Of a stretch of DNA of 64,000 nucleotides, positions 42,779 through 56,100 are shown piece by piece (position 1 is the stretch's first letter; each line of letters starts with the position of its first letter). The notes beneath the pieces were generated by a model. That model did not search any database. It was not told the origin of the DNA and saw only the letters and a program-made list of their open reading frames with translations. The stretch covers positions 1,054,001 to 1,118,000 of the forward strand of contig OZ251242.1 in NCBI GenBank assembly GCA_965240325.2. Reading direction: 5' to 3'. A program made the position numbers and the translations under genes. The DNA comes from Rebecca billardiae RCC1528 (lineage: Eukaryota; Protista; Haptophyta).

Positions 42779-44368
42779 TTAAACCTCGTCCTTCATATCC
42801 CCCTCGTCGAGCTCCTCCTCCTCGACGTCCTCGTCGTCCTCGTCGCCCTCCGCCGCCTCCGCCGCCGCCTCGTCCGCCTTGCGCTTCTCCTCGTCCCGCT
42901 TCTCCTTCATCTCCTTCTCCGCGTCCTTGTTCTTCTCCCAGGTCGCCTTGCGCACCGCCTCCGCCTCCGCAGGGTCGTCCGTGAGCAGCAGGTTGTCGAA
43001 GATCGTGCCCGCCTTCACCTGCCAGATCTCAAAGCCAGCCACGCCGAAGCTCGGGTACTTCCCGATCGACTCGTCGTCCGAGAACTCCGGGTTGTCAATC
43101 AGCGGGTGCTCCCACGGGCCCTGCGCACCGGGGGGCGGTGGCGCGCGAGCGGGGTGCGCGCGGGCAGAGCCGTGGCGCTCAGTCGCGGGGGCGCGCAGCC
43201 GCCCTTCGGGCCGCGCGGCAGCTGGCGAGCGGGTGCGACTCCGGAGCCACGCCGGAGCCCGGGCGGAAGGCGCGCGCGCGCACCTTGTACTCGGGGTTGT
43301 CGATCCGCTTCGGCTTCCACGGCCCCTTGTACTCGGGGTTGGGCACCATCGGCGGCTCCCACTCGCCGTCGTCCTCGTCGTCCCAGTCCTCGGGCTTCTT
43401 CGCCTCCGGGTCCGCCAGCTCCTTCGGGATGTCGTCGTACCCCTCCGGCTTGGCGTCCTCGGGGTCGTCGATCATCTTCTCGTCGACCCAGTCCTCGGGC
43501 TTGGACAGGCTCGGGTCCTTGATCTTCTTCGGCGGCAGGATGTCGAACTCGTCCACGATGGAGCCCTTGCGCTCGCTCTCGCCGTCGACGAGGACCTCAA
43601 AGGTGCGGTCGGGCTGCACGATCAGCGTGTACACGTGTGTGAGCTCGTCGCTCTTGCACGGCACCTCCTTGGTGATCAGGTGGTTCGTGTCCTTGTGGTT
43701 GAAGATCACGTGCGTCCGCTTCGTGTACCCGCAGATGTCCGGGCCGAACATGATGTTGTACTTGTCCTCGCCCTCGCCGCCGTGCAGCTTCTTCTGGTCG
43801 ACACCCTTCGGGAACAGCTTGACGTACCCGCCGCCGCAGTCGATGTTCTGCTCGTGCTTCACGGAGAACTGGACGACGAGGGGCGACTTCTCGTTACTGA
43901 ACTCGTCGAACGACGTCGAGATGGCGTAGAACCGCGCGTCATCCATCGTCTTGAGGCCTGCACGCGCGCGCGCGCACAGTGCATGGTTGGCCGCCGCGCG
44001 CGCGCGCGCACACATGCTGCGTCAGCGCGCCCAACCGAGCTCGGCGACGACGCCGCAGCCGTGCGCGCCAATGCGAGGTGCGCGCGTGTGCGTTCGAAGC
44101 GGTGCGCGCGCGCGACCGCTCGCGCCACCCCCGCGTGCGTCGGCGACGCAGCGCGCGCGCGGGCGCGCGCACCCTTGTCCGCCTCCGCGTCGCCGTAGAA
44201 CTCGCCCGCAGTTACGCTCCAGGTGCCTGCTTGGCCCTCGTCCTTCTTCCAGTCGCTCACAACCCACCGCTTCTCCCAATCGCCCGAGAAGTCCTCCTTG
44301 AGGTACACCTTTCCCCGCACGCATGCTGCGCCGAGCAGCGCGAGCGAGTACACCGCGGCGCGCGGCAT
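42779..44368 (-). CDS. CALR: Calreticulin (3 exons: 44368-44173, 43957-43284, 43120-42779)
   Basis: Signal peptide; VKHEQNIDCGGGYVK, IMFGPDICG, P-domain KPEDWD and GEWEPPMVPNPEYKG repeats, EIWQVKAGTIFDN; acidic tail ending KDEV*. Confidence 0.97.
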
Positions 44369-44678
44369 CGTTGACGGTCCGATACAGCGCGGCGTTGCCA
44401 GCTCAGCACGCTGTGGCTTCCAGACGCTGCTGCGGACGTCAACACGCGCGCGCGCTTCCGGTCAGACTTCAGACTACCGGTGCGCACTTTATTATTCGTA
44501 GTTACCCGCAGTTAGGCCTTCAGACTGCCGCTAGTGCTGCGGTTCCCCGACCGTTCGCAAAGGCCGGCGGGGCGGGTGCGCCGAAGCGCGTGCCACCGCC
44601 CAACGACCGCTCGCCAAGGACCCACACGCGAGCACGTGGCCTGTCCGCCTGTGTCGCGCCTGTGCATCCGTCCAGACA

Positions 44679-45698
44679 ATGGCGGCCGTCGTCTCGGGCG
44701 TGGGGAGGGGAGAAGAGGCGATGCTGGCGGGAGGGTCAGTGGAGGGCGTGCGAGCCCCGGGGATCAACAACATTGTCGCCAAGCGCGCGTACCACCGACG
44801 CCTGATCCCGCCCCTCGCCGAGCCGTCGACCCTGCCGCCATGCCGCGCGCCGCTCGAGCTGCCTGACGACGCGTTCGTCGTGGAGAACCTGCTCGCCCCC
44901 GCGGAGTGCGAGGCCCTGCTCGCCGCGGCGGAGGCGGTGCCGCCCGACGACGGTGGCTTCAGCTTCTGGGGCGCCGACTGCGCGGACGCCGACCGCGCCC
45001 GCCGCTTTCGCTCCGCCGACACGCTCGAGGCCTTCCAGCCGGAGCTGTGCGAGCAGCTGTGGGCGCGGCTCGCGCCGTTCGTGCCGGCAGAGCTGCGCAT
45101 CGAGCCGGCGTCGGAGCGGTTCGAGCGCGATCTGGAGGGCACGTGGACCCCGTACGGCCTCAACCCGCACCTCCTCTTCGCGCGCTACGCCGAGGGCGGC
45201 CACTTCGCGCCGCACGTCGACGGGCAGACCGAGCTCGACTTCAACACGCGCACCCTCTTCTCGGTGATCATCTACCTGGGCAGCACGGCGGAGGGCGGCG
45301 CGACGCGGCTGCTGCGGGGCGAGCAGGCCGATGCGACCGAGCGCGACGGCGCCGAGCGGGCCGACGGCGCCGGCGGCGGTGGCGGGCGGCTGGTCGCGCG
45401 CGCCGATGCCGTGCGCACAGCGGTCCGGCCGGTGGCTGGGCGCGCGCTCGGCTTCTATCACCAGCAGCTGCACGACGGGGAGCCGGTGGGCGGGGGCTGC
45501 CGCAAGGATATCGTGCGCACGGACGTGCTGTACCGCCGGCGCGAGCCGCTGTGCACGTCGGAGAAGGACGTGCGCGCGTACGAGCTGTACCGCCGCGCGA
45601 GAGACGCCGAGGCGGCGGGCGCGCACACCGAGGCCGCCGCGCTCTTCCGCGCGAGCTTCAAGGCGAGCGAGACCATAGCGCGCATGTACGGCGGCTGA
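44679..45698 (+). CDS. Prolyl-4-hydroxylase-like 2OG-Fe(II) oxygenase
   Basis: AFVVENLLAPAEC, GLNP.L.F.RY..GGHFAPHVDG, SVIIYL..GGAT, LHDGEPV, KDIVRTDVLY. Confidence 0.85.
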   Translation: MAAVVSGVGRGEEAMLAGGSVEGVRAPGINNIVAKRAYHRRLIPPLAEPSTLPPCRAPLELPDDAFVVENLLAPAECEALLAAAEAVPPDDGGFSFWGADCADADRARRFRSADTLEAFQPELCEQLWARLAPFVPAELRIEPASERFERDLEGTWTPYGLNPHLLFARYAEGGHFAPHVDGQTELDFNTRTLFSVIIYLGSTAEGGATRLLRGEQADATERDGAERADGAGGGGGRLVARADAVRTAVRPVAGRALGFYHQQLHDGEPVGGGCRKDIVRTDVLYRRREPLCTSEKDVRAYELYRRARDAEAAGAHTEAAALFRASFKASETIARMYGG

Positions 45699-48600
45699 AT
45701 CGTGTCTTACACGGTCTTCTGGTTCAACGGCGCCGGCGCGAGTCGCGGCAAGCCTGTGCGTGCGTCGGTCAGGCCGCTCATCAGGCCGTGGCCGAAAGAG
45801 TACTCGTCAGAATTCGCCATCAATTGGATGAATCGATGAGTACTGTACCCAAACAGAACCCCCCACCATAGGCCATAGATGCAGCGCGTCATCAATGAGC
45901 TCATTACGAGACGAACCTGTAGTCGCCCTTTTCGTCATTATCTGATTCATCTCAGCTTTTGCAGGCATGTAGTCGAGTTGTGTGGCCATCACACCGGCTT
46001 TGGCGGCGTGCTAAATATGTGCGATGAGGATGCGGTAAGCAAGCACACGACAGCGGTAAAAACCAAAAAGTCACCTGAAAACATCGGATGATGTGATGGA
46101 CTGCGAGATTGGTGAAAGCCTCCCGAAGGGAATTGATTCGCCCGCGCGGCCACTGGAAGCCACGACGACGACGGCTGCTGCCTGCTGATTGGCTCGCAAA
46201 CAAAATGAATGGGACTCGAAGCCGGCGATGCTTCGACCCCGTTACCTTAATGAAGCCATTGTCATCAATCCTTTTGACGCGTGCAGGACCCAATGAGCGA
46301 GGTTCCCTGAAGTTCTGTCGTCAGATCCCCTTCGCGACGCTGCGTGTCGTACCGCGCCTACCGAAGGCCGCGTTGCCCTTTGTGACCAACTGCCTGCTGG
46401 CGACGCACCAGTGGCGCACATCGGGGCGTTTGCGCGCGTGCACGCATGGGGACCGATGAGGAGACGACGCTGACACGCGCGCTCTCGTGGTCGGGCGGAG
46501 ATGGCGTGGACGTCACCGGCATGCTTGAGGACCTGAAGCTGAGCTCAGGCCCTTCGATGATCTCAACTTGTTCTCGTGGCAGCAGCGGCGGCCGCGGCGG
46601 CAGGGGTTCGGCGAAAGGGCATGCGATGCAGTCTCCTACGCGGGCTCGTTTAGTGCACGCACGAGCACGCTACAGCGACCCGTGCGCTCGCGAGCAGCCT
46701 GTGCTCAACTACGGCTCGCTCCCAATGCGCGCGATGCACCTCAGCGCACTCAACCTCCCGACCTCGCAGCGCGGCGACGCGGCCGCGAGCTAGGCGAGAC
46801 GGCGAGCCCGCGGCTTCGCGCGCCGGGATAAGACGAGGGACGCTTTGTTCAGGCTTGCCCCTGGCACGCCATCGTCACCCCCCTGCCCTTCTACCGCCGA
46901 GCAGCTGCCACTTCACAAGGGGCGTTCGCCTCTCGGTTTGGGCACTTACTTGCCCTGCCCTCGGACCGTGTGTTGTGTGTTGTCCACGCAGCACGCTTCA
47001 CCGCCCTTCGTGACGAGTACCCTCACGTCGGCGCTTGGCCTGTTTGCCACAGGCTGACCCGCCTCAAGCCTGTGCGGCCCACGATCACAGGCCACGACGA
47101 CACGTCGACAGCCTCACACGTTCTCCACGCTGCACGCAGCTCGCAGCAAGTTCGGCAGCGGTTCGGCAGCAGGCCAGCAGGTTCAAAGCTAGGCCAGGCT
47201 TAGCTAGTAGGTCGCATTAGGAACGGGGGGCTAGTATCACTATACTGATGATATATGTAGAGAGTTCATACGGTCCGCCAGCACTGGCGGTCAGTACCGG
47301 CCCGCCGGACCGGCGCCGCGGGGCGCGCCGCACGGCCGGCTGCGGTGCAGATCCGCCGTGTGCTGATCCGCCGCGGGGCCGTGGGACGGCCCCGCGGCGG
47401 GCGGCGGCGGCCCGCCGCGGACGCCGGCCAGGCGGCCAGGCCGCGCGGCCGCGCGGGCCCCGGGGACCGCCGCCTGCCGCCTGAGACTGAGGCGCGCGCC
47501 TGCGGAGGCAGAGTTTCCGCGCCTGGCCCTGGCCCTGTCCGCCAGTCCGGGACGCCCTGCCACTGGGCTGAAGCCTCCCCCTGGCCCCCGAGCCGCTGCG
47601 TGGCTGGCAGCGGCGCCGGCAGCCGCCGGGCGTCAGCCGCGGCCGGCGGCCGGCCGCGCGCGGCCCGGCCGGCGCCCGGCCCCGGCGCGGGCGGCGGGCC
47701 CGCGGTGGCCCGCGAACGACCGGGCACGGCCACGAGCCACAACCCATCGAGGCCTGCCGCCAGCTGGCTGCCGTGCGGCCGCGGGTCTGCGGGAGCCGCG
47801 CCGCCGCGGCGGCCGCGACCCGGGTCTCGCCGCGTGCCGGCGTGCCAGCGCGCACCGGGTCCGGGAATCGGGTGGCAGGTACCGCGGACTTCCTGGTAGC
47901 TCAGCTAGCTCAGTCGGCTCCCGCGCCCCGCGGCCTGCCGCGTGGACCCGTCGGGACCGAGTGCCGCGGCGGATGTAGATGATCGATTGAGCTAGCTAGC
48001 TACTCTAGTCAATGAGTGAGAGTGTGACTCATGACTGCCCGGCCCGAGCGGCCGCCGCGGGTGCGGGCCTGTGCCCGGCGAGTCTGTCAGACTCCGGCCG
48101 GCGCCAGGCGGTGGCCCGGTCCGCCGCGGTCCGCGCCCGCGGGCGCGGGTCCCGCTGGGTCCGCCCGGCGGTCCGCGTGGCGCGTCACTTACACTATACC
48201 GAGTACCGGTCGCCGCGCGCGTGCATGCCACCGGATTGACCGCGCGTCTGTCTGCTTCGGAAACAGCAGAGCTTAGCTACGCCTAGCTACTGTCTGTGAG
48301 TACTGATATGCTATACTACTGATATAGCGATTATATATATATATTATCATTGATGACGCCTGACGACGATGCCAGTAACCCCGCGCCACCGCCGGCCCAC
48401 CGCGGCCACAAATCGATAGCGTGACTAACTAACTAGACGAGTAGACGGCGGTCTAATCAGACTGTCTCTGTCTAAAAATAAATCATTAGACATCAGCTAG
48501 TAACTATCGTAGTCTGATATATCAGATAGTATCAGAAGAATTATACTACTACTTATTACAATTCATCAATGCAGAGTCGGAGCTTCAAGCCTGCAAGCTT

Positions 48601-48881
48601 AGCATCAGATGATCCGCGCGCGCTCAGCGCTGCTCACTCCATGATTTTATTTTAAAAGTTCTGTGCCCTTGTGGCCTGCGGTTGCCCGCACGGGGTGCCA
48701 GCGTGGTTGATGCCGATTTATTTGATGCGGCGTGCAGTGAACGACCGTTTGCCGCCGCAGAGGCCGGCACGGCCGTCGCGCACAATCCGCGCGCACGGCG
48801 ACCCAGCATGAGGCGCAGCGATGGCGCACCGAGTCACACGAGGGCCGGGCGCGCCTTCGCCACGACTCTCTAAAAAATCGC

Positions 48882-49821
48882 TCATCTGGCGGCGCCAGCC
48901 CGCGGTCCGACATTAGCGCGCTCCGAGTGCTCGCGTATCCGCTCGAGAACGTGCTGGTTGCGCAGCCCGAAAAAGTAGAGGTACACCAGCGTCACGGCGG
49001 CCATGACGACGAGGAGGCGCAGCACGCGGCCAAGGGAGAGCTTGGCATCTTCCCGACGCTTCGTGTACTTGTCCTGCAGAGCGGGCGCACGCGCGCGCGC
49101 GCCGTGCGGCCAGGCCGGGCCAACGCTCACTCAGCTCGGTGGGGTCGTCGCGCGGGGCGCACGGGGCGGTAGCGCACGCTCAATCCGGGCGATGCGCGCG
49201 CACCTCCTCCGGGTCGTGCACGCGGCGTCCCCGCGAGGTCGCCGTCTTGCGCGCGACCGAGTGCTGCGTGGAGACGCTCCAGCCGTGCGGCTTTGCTGTG
49301 CCGGACCTGCGCTCGCCCTTCGAGTGCAGCTGCGGCTCCGGCGGAGGTGGCGCCGAGCGGCTGTCAACTTGCCGTGAGGCGAGCTGGTCTGCCGACTCCG
49401 CGCCCAAGCGCGCGGGCACGATGGCCGTCGCGGGGGTCGGGCCCGAGCCTGCCGCCGCGCCCGAGGTCGTCGAGCTGGCCGGCGTGCAGGGGGCGGCGCT
49501 CGAGCGGCGCGCGGCGTCGCTGAGGGAGCCGCGTGGCGAGTGCGCAGCGGGCTCGTCCGCCTCGATGACGACGAGTGTGCGCCCCTCGTCGATCTCGAGG
49601 AGCCCCTCGATCGACGTGATGTGTGGCCCGCCGTCCCACGCGTAGATGCCCCCGACGCCGCGCAGGTTGAGGCGCTTTGCGACCCGCGCGACGAATGACT
49701 CCCAGTCGCTGTGCTCGACGAGCGGCACCATGCCTCGTCTTGGGCGCGAGCCCGTGCGCGCGTCGCCCGGCACGCACAGGAAGACGAGCTTCTGCACCTC
49801 CTCGCCCTCGTACCGCACCAT
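48882..49821 (-). CDS. Hypothetical protein: N-terminal PB1/ubiquitin-like-sized domain and C-terminal TM anchor (2 exons: 49821-49204, 49073-48882)
   Basis: DWESFVARVAKRLNLRGVGGIY..ITSIEGL..TLVV pattern. Phase-0 intron joins DPEE|DKYTKRRED. TM segment VLRLLVVMAAVTLVYLYFFGL. Confidence 0.55.
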
Positions 49822-50128
49822 CGCACCCGCGCGGCGGAGAGGAACAAGCGCGCCAAGCCGCCACACCGCTGCCGCCGCCGCTTGCGTGCGCAACAGGACG
49901 CTGCCCAGGCCGGCCGCCACTTGTGTTCACCCGGACGCGCTGGTCAGCAGCATTCTCACGCTCTGCGCAAGGGCCCTTGCTCTGCGACTCTCGTGGATGC
50001 GCCCGGACCCGATCTCGGGCGCTGAGATGCTGCGGTGACGAGACGGGCCCCGCTGCGGCGGCACATCAATCTAGAGCCTTCCACGCCTGCCGACGTCGTG
50101 TTGCGAGAGAGCGCGACAGGCGCGGCTA

Positions 50129-50968
50129 ATGATGTCGATGTTGCGCGCAGTTGTGCTGCTCGCGGGCGCGACGGCGGTGGCGCATGGCTTCTCGCAGCCG
50201 CGCGCGGCGGGGCCCGCTCGCCCATCCATCCGGCAAAGCGCGTTGTCGCCCGCCGCGCCCGCGGCGACGATGCGCGCAGACGGTGCGCCGCTCAGCCGCC
50301 GCGGCGCATTTGGCGCCGTGCTCGGCGCCGTGGCGGCGGGCGCGCTCGTGCCGGCGCGCGCGGCGCGCGCGGCGGACCCGCGTGGCGTGTGGTCGTACAG
50401 TGACTTCCTCGAGGCCGTGGACAACAACAAGGTCGACGTCGTCACCTTCTCCGACGACGGCAAGCGGCTGGCCGCAACCGACGCGGACGGCGTCGTCCGC
50501 GCTGTGAACATCCTCGGCGACAAGAACCTGGTGCCGCTGCTCGAGAAGCACAACGTGCGGTTCAACGTGCTGCCCAAGCCGCAGCCCAACGTCGCCTTCG
50601 ACATCATCTCGTCCCTCGCCTTCCCCGCGCTGCTCCTCGGCGGCCTCTTCCTGCTCTCGCGCGGGCAGCAGGGGCCGATGGGTCCGGGCAACCCGATGCA
50701 GATGGGCCAGTCCAAGTCCAAGGTGCAGCTCGAGCCCGAGACGGGCGTGACCTTCGACGACGTGGCGGGGTGCGACCAGTCGAAGCAGGAGCTCTTCGAG
50801 GTCGTCGAGTTCCTCAAGAACCCCGCCAAGTTCGCCAAGGTCGGCGCGAAGATCCCGCGCGGCGTGATCATGGAGGGACCCCCCGGCACGGGCAAGACGC
50901 TGCTCGCGCGCGCGGTGGCGGGCGAGGCGGGCACGCCGTTCATCTCGGCGTCGGGCTCGGAGTTCGTG

Positions 50969-51000
<32 letters not shown>

Positions 51001-51034
51001 CCGCGACCTCTTCTCGCAGGCGAAGAAGAACGCG

Positions 51035-51066
<32 letters not shown>

Positions 51067-52525
51067 GATCGGCCGGCAGCGCGCCGGCTCGGGCCAGGGC
51101 ATGGGCGGCAACGACGAGCGCGAGCAGACGCTCAACCAGATCCTGACCGAGATGGACGGCTTCGAGGGGAACCTCGGCGTGATCGTGGTGGCCGCGACGA
51201 ACCGCGCCGACGTGCTCGACGCCGCGCTCACCCGCCCCGGCCGCTTCGACCGCCGCGTGCCCGTCGACCTGCCGGACGCCGCCGGGCGCGTCGAGATTCT
51301 CAAGGTACACGCCAAGGGCAAGCCGCTCGCCGCCGACGTCGAGTTCCCGCAGATCGCGAAGCGGACGATCGGCTTCTCGGGCGCGGGGCTGGCGAACCTG
51401 ATGAACGAGGCGGCGATCTACGCGGCGCGCCGCGACAAGAAGGAGATCTCGTACGAGGAGATCGACGCCGCGCTTGACCGGCTCACCGTCGGCCTCGCCA
51501 AGTCGACCGCGCTCATGTCGCCCGAGCGGCAGAAGCTGGTCGCCTACCACGAGGCGGGGCACGCGATCATGGGCGCGCTCACGCCGGGGCACGACCTCGT
51601 GGGCAAGGTGACGATCGTGCCGCGCTCGAACGGCGCCGGCGGCTTCACCCTCTTCCTCCCCTCCGAGGACCGCATGGAGTCCGGCCTCTACTCACGCAAG
51701 TACCTCGAGGGCCAGCTCTCGGTCGCGCTCGGCGGCCGCGTCGCGGAGGAGCTCGTGTATGGAGAGAGTGAGGTGACGACGGGCGCGTCCAACGACCTGC
51801 AGCAGGTGCGCAATATCGCGCGGCGCATGGTGGCGCAGTGGGGCTACGCGAAGGAGAACCTCGCGCCCATCGCGTGGGAGATGCCCGAGCCCGGAGGCCT
51901 CGGCGCGCCGTCGACTGCCTCGGAGGTGCGCGCCGCGGCTGCGCGCCGCGCCGCGCCGCGCCGCGCCGCGCCTCCCTCTGCCGCGCTGGCCGCGCCTCTG
52001 CGCCGCCCATCATCGCCACGACGCGCGGCGACGAGCGCGCGCGCCGGGCGGACGCACATGCGCTGACGCCCGCGCACCCGCGCACGCCCTGCGCCTCGGT
52101 CGGCTCGCCCCGCAGGAGACGGAGGAGCGCATCGACGAGCAGGTCAAAATCATTGTGGACAAAGCCTACAAGAAGTGCTACGACACGCTCGCTGAGCACC
52201 GGTGCGCGCGCGCGCGCGCTCAGACCGGCGCGGCTTGCCGGCTGCCGGCCTGCGGGAAGTGCGCGCGCGCGACACGTGAGCTGAGCCCGCTCGCGCGCCC
52301 CGCCCCGCCACCCTCGCGCGCCGCAGCGGCCTCCTCGACGCGCTCACCGACAAGCTCATCGAGACGGAGACGGTGGACGGCCCTGAGCTCTACGAGCTGT
52401 TCGCGGCCGACCCCAAGGTGCAGTCGTCGCCGGAGCTCGCCGCGCGCCGGCAGGAGATCGAGGAGGCGGTCAACAAGATGAAGGAGATGGGCGCGCCGTC
52501 GCAGATGAAGGAGATGGGCGCCTAG
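50129..52525 (+). CDS. ftsH: Plastid thylakoid ATP-dependent zinc metalloprotease FtsH (3 exons: 50129-51925, 52116-52201, 52327-52525)
   Basis: Walker A GPPGTGKT, Walker [45 protein letters not shown]. Signal peptide ending AHG-F plus a twin-arginine thylakoid signal. Confidence 0.96.
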
Positions 52526-53153
52526 ACGTGCCGCACGCTGCACCGCCGCCTGTCGGCTGCCAAGCCCAACGTGACCGGCACATTGAGCACGCACACCAGC
52601 TGTTTGTCAATGAGCAGTCAGGTCATCGTCTCGTCGACCGTGTCCGTTGTCGTTGACCGTTCGTTTGCGGCCCGCGCCGGCGAGTTCTCAGAATCTGTGC
52701 TCGTGACGGCGCCGACGGGGCCCCGGCCTGCCGGACCGCGCGGACGCCGCAACTGCCGCGATACTTGATGGCGTACGTCAGCACTGATGATGTGATGACA
52801 GCACTGGGCTCCGGCCGTCCGGTCCGCGCGCCGGGTCCACCCGGCTGACCCGGCACCCGCCCCCCAGCTCGTCCGTTACGTCGTCTTATTATTGGCCCCG
52901 AGCCGAAGTCAACCAGCAAGCTGACCATGCAGCAGAGTCCCTTCCGACCCCCGATCAACGATAGAATAAATGTAGCCACGACGCAGCCGCCACGCGCGGA
53001 ACTAGCTCAGTTATAGGGCCGTGCGCCCTCCTCAGAACTTCGTTCACCGTCACCGTGTCATCACGTCGTGTTGCCGGTCCGCCATCAGACGCGCAGACTG
53101 CGCTCTTCACTGCGCTCAGTAGCAGCACTCGTGACCGTCGTCCACCCGCAACG

Positions 53154-56100
53154 CTACGTCAGGCCTGCGCTGCTGCGGCGCTGCTCTCGTCGCCGCTCGC
53201 CCTCGTCGACCGCCTCGTCGCGGTCGGCGGCGCTGCAGCTGCGCCAGCTGCCGCCGCTGTTGCGGCCGGCGCTCTCGGCGCGCGAGCCGCGGTTGCGCAG
53301 CGGCGTGCCCGGCCGCCACGGCGCCGGCCTGGCCCGCGTGGGCGGGCGCGGCAGGGCGGAGGGCGGGCGCACGCCCTGCTTGTCCAGCGTGGCGCTCTTG
53401 CGCCCCTCGAGCACCGCCTTGAGCTCGGCCGCCACCCAGCGCTCCTTCTTGCGCTCGCACAGCACGTGCGCTGGCACGTCCGGAATGAGTCTCGAGATGG
53501 CGAAGATGAGCGCCCACGCGGAGACGACGACGGCGAAGACGCCGAGCACGGCGGTGCGCGTGTCGAGCGCGCGCAGCTCGCTCTCCACCAGCAGGAACAG
53601 CAGCACGTTCGTCACGACGCCCGTGAGCTGCAGGAAGCGGAAGATGGAGTCCCACGGCCGGATGCCGAGCGCGCCTTCGTATCGCACGCGCCGCGTCGAG
53701 CGGAGCACCTTGTGCGCGTCCGAGGCGAACTCGAAGATGTTGTTGCCCAGCGCGAGGAGCGCGGCCGGCGGGAAGGCGAGGGCAAACCTGGCGGCGCGCG
53801 GGGGGGCGCGCGGCCGAGCAGGGGTAGGCGGCGCACGCGCGCGTGCGCGTGTCAGAGCGCGTGCACGCGCCGCGCCGGTGGCTCCCCGACGGCCCTTCGC
53901 TCCGCTGCGCGCCGCGCGCACATGGTGATGAAGCCAAACTGCATGGCCATCTCGTTGTACTCGTAGAAGGTGGGCCCGAGGCCGTGCTGCTCCGAGAGCA
54001 GGGGCGGCAGGTCGTCCTGCGCGTCGACCGCCGCCATCAGCTCGCGGTGCGGCGCCCACTTGTTGGCGGGGTCGGTGCCGGGCGGCGCGGCGAGGATGGC
54101 AGCGCACGCGCGGCCGACCGCTGTCCCGACCCTACCGCCGCGCCGCGAGGGCTCGGGGCTCGCCGCCCACTCGGCGCCGGCGGCCTCCTCGTCGGCCGCG
54201 CCGGCGCGCGGCCGCGCGGGCGTGACGGCCGCCGAGCCGGGCGTCTGCGGCCGCCCCGACACCATCCGCCGCCAGAGCTTGCGGTTGGCCGCGCGCGCGC
54301 GGCCTCCCTTGAACGACTCGCCAGGCTCGCTCTCCCGCGCGCCGGCGTCCGCGTCCGCGGCCGCATGCAGATTCGCGACGGTCGGGTCGCGCGCGAGCAG
54401 CAGCCGCCACGCGGCGCGCGCCTCGATCGCGCACGCGTCGTCCCTGGGCAGGTGGTGCCGCGCCTCCGCCTCGATCTGCGCGTGCGGCGAGGGCGGGCGG
54501 CCGAAGGGCAGGCCAGGCTCGTCGGCGGCGGCGGTGGCCGTCGGCTTGTCGGCTGCGCCGCCCGCGCGCGGCACGCCGGCGGGCGAGCCGTGCCGGCCCG
54601 CGCTGCTCGCCGTGCTCGGCCGCGCGGCGCGGCCCACGGGCGAGCCCGCCGACGGGGAGCCCGTCGCCCTGCTCGCGCGCAGCCCGCCCGATTGCGAGCG
54701 CTGCCGGTCGCGCTTGGCCGCGCGGCGCGGCCGCTGTGCCACGTGCTGCTTCAGCGCGTGCTCCGTGTCCACGCCGTGCCGCCGCGCCGCGGCCATCTTG
54801 CGGCGGAACTTGAACTCCTCGAGCTGGTCGCCCAGCCACTCGTTCACCGCCTGGATCCGCGTCTGCATCCGCTCCTGCAGGTTGCCGATCACGAGGTTCG
54901 TCAGCAGGATCATCATCAGCTGCAGCTGCAGCTCGTCGTAGCAGCGCGCGGATGGCGAGTCGTCCGCGGACGCAAACAGAGACGCCGAGCATTCCTCGGG
55001 CTCGACAAAGAGGACCTTCACGCCGTACGGCTTGACAAAGCTGCGAGCGGCGCGGCGCGGGCGGCGCGGGCAGGCGGCGGCGGCGATGCGCGGCCGTGAG
55101 CAGGCGTGCACGCGCGCGCGCGCGCACGAACGCGCGCGTGCCCCCGACGTTCTGCCCGCCTGCCCGCGGCCGCGCCGACCCGCCGGTCGCCGGTCGCCGG
55201 TCGCTGTGCGCTGGTCGCCGGTCGCTGTGCGCGCCGCACCCGATGTAGAAGAGCGACGTGTACGAGTTGACGAACTGGAAGATGAAGATCTTGAGGACGA
55301 GCGCCTGCGTGAACGCCGAGTTGCGCCGATGGTTTTCCCACTCGTTAAGGTGCAGCGCGGTCGTGCGGAAGAGCGCGTTCAGCGTCGAGATCGCGACGGC
55401 GTTGAGCCCGCCCGTGAGGAAGGGGCCGACGGCGAGGCTGGCGACGAGCGCGCGCACGTAGAAGATGGAGAGCGTGGTGACGACGCAGCCGAACGCCATC
55501 ACCGTGAGTGTCAAGAGGGAGGTCGCCTCGCGCGCGCGCCGGCCGGGCGTGACCGACTTGAGCGAGCTCGGCGGCTCGAGCCTGAAGCCGAGGATGTGCA
55601 GGTCCTCCTCCTCGATCGGCACCCAGTGCCCTGCGGACGTGTGCACGCCCTGCTCAAACTTGCCGCGGAAGCCGAGCCGCTCCGCCTCCGTCTCCTCGTA
55701 GTCGTCCATGTCCCACGAGTGGCGCAGCGTCGCCTCGCGCCGCTTCCACATCTCAAGGAACGTCGCCGACCAGATGACGAGCACAACGCAGTAGAGCGGC
55801 GCCACCGAGAAGTAGAGCGGCAGCCTCGCCAGGTAGAGGCAGTAGACTCCCATCCCAAGGACAGCGGGCACCTGCGGCCCCGGACGTGCGCGGCGCGCGT
55901 GCCGGCCGGTGAGCGCGCTGGGCTGCGCTCCCGGGGGGCGGGCGTCGAGAGCGGGCAGCCGCGCTTCCCGACGCGGCACCGCCGCGCACCGCCGCGCACA
56001 CACCTGCAGCGCGCGCGTGTAGAAGCGCAGGAAGGCGAAGTAGAACGAGACCTGCTCGCCAAAGTACCGGCGCGGCGCCTCGAGCTGCTCCAGGTCGAGG

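Noticed and set aside
45700-47200. Short ORFs in a lower-GC stretch; also 12050-12673, 15400-16700 and 30830-31190
   Set aside because: No recognisable domains or consistent splice model; possibly decayed gene fragments.
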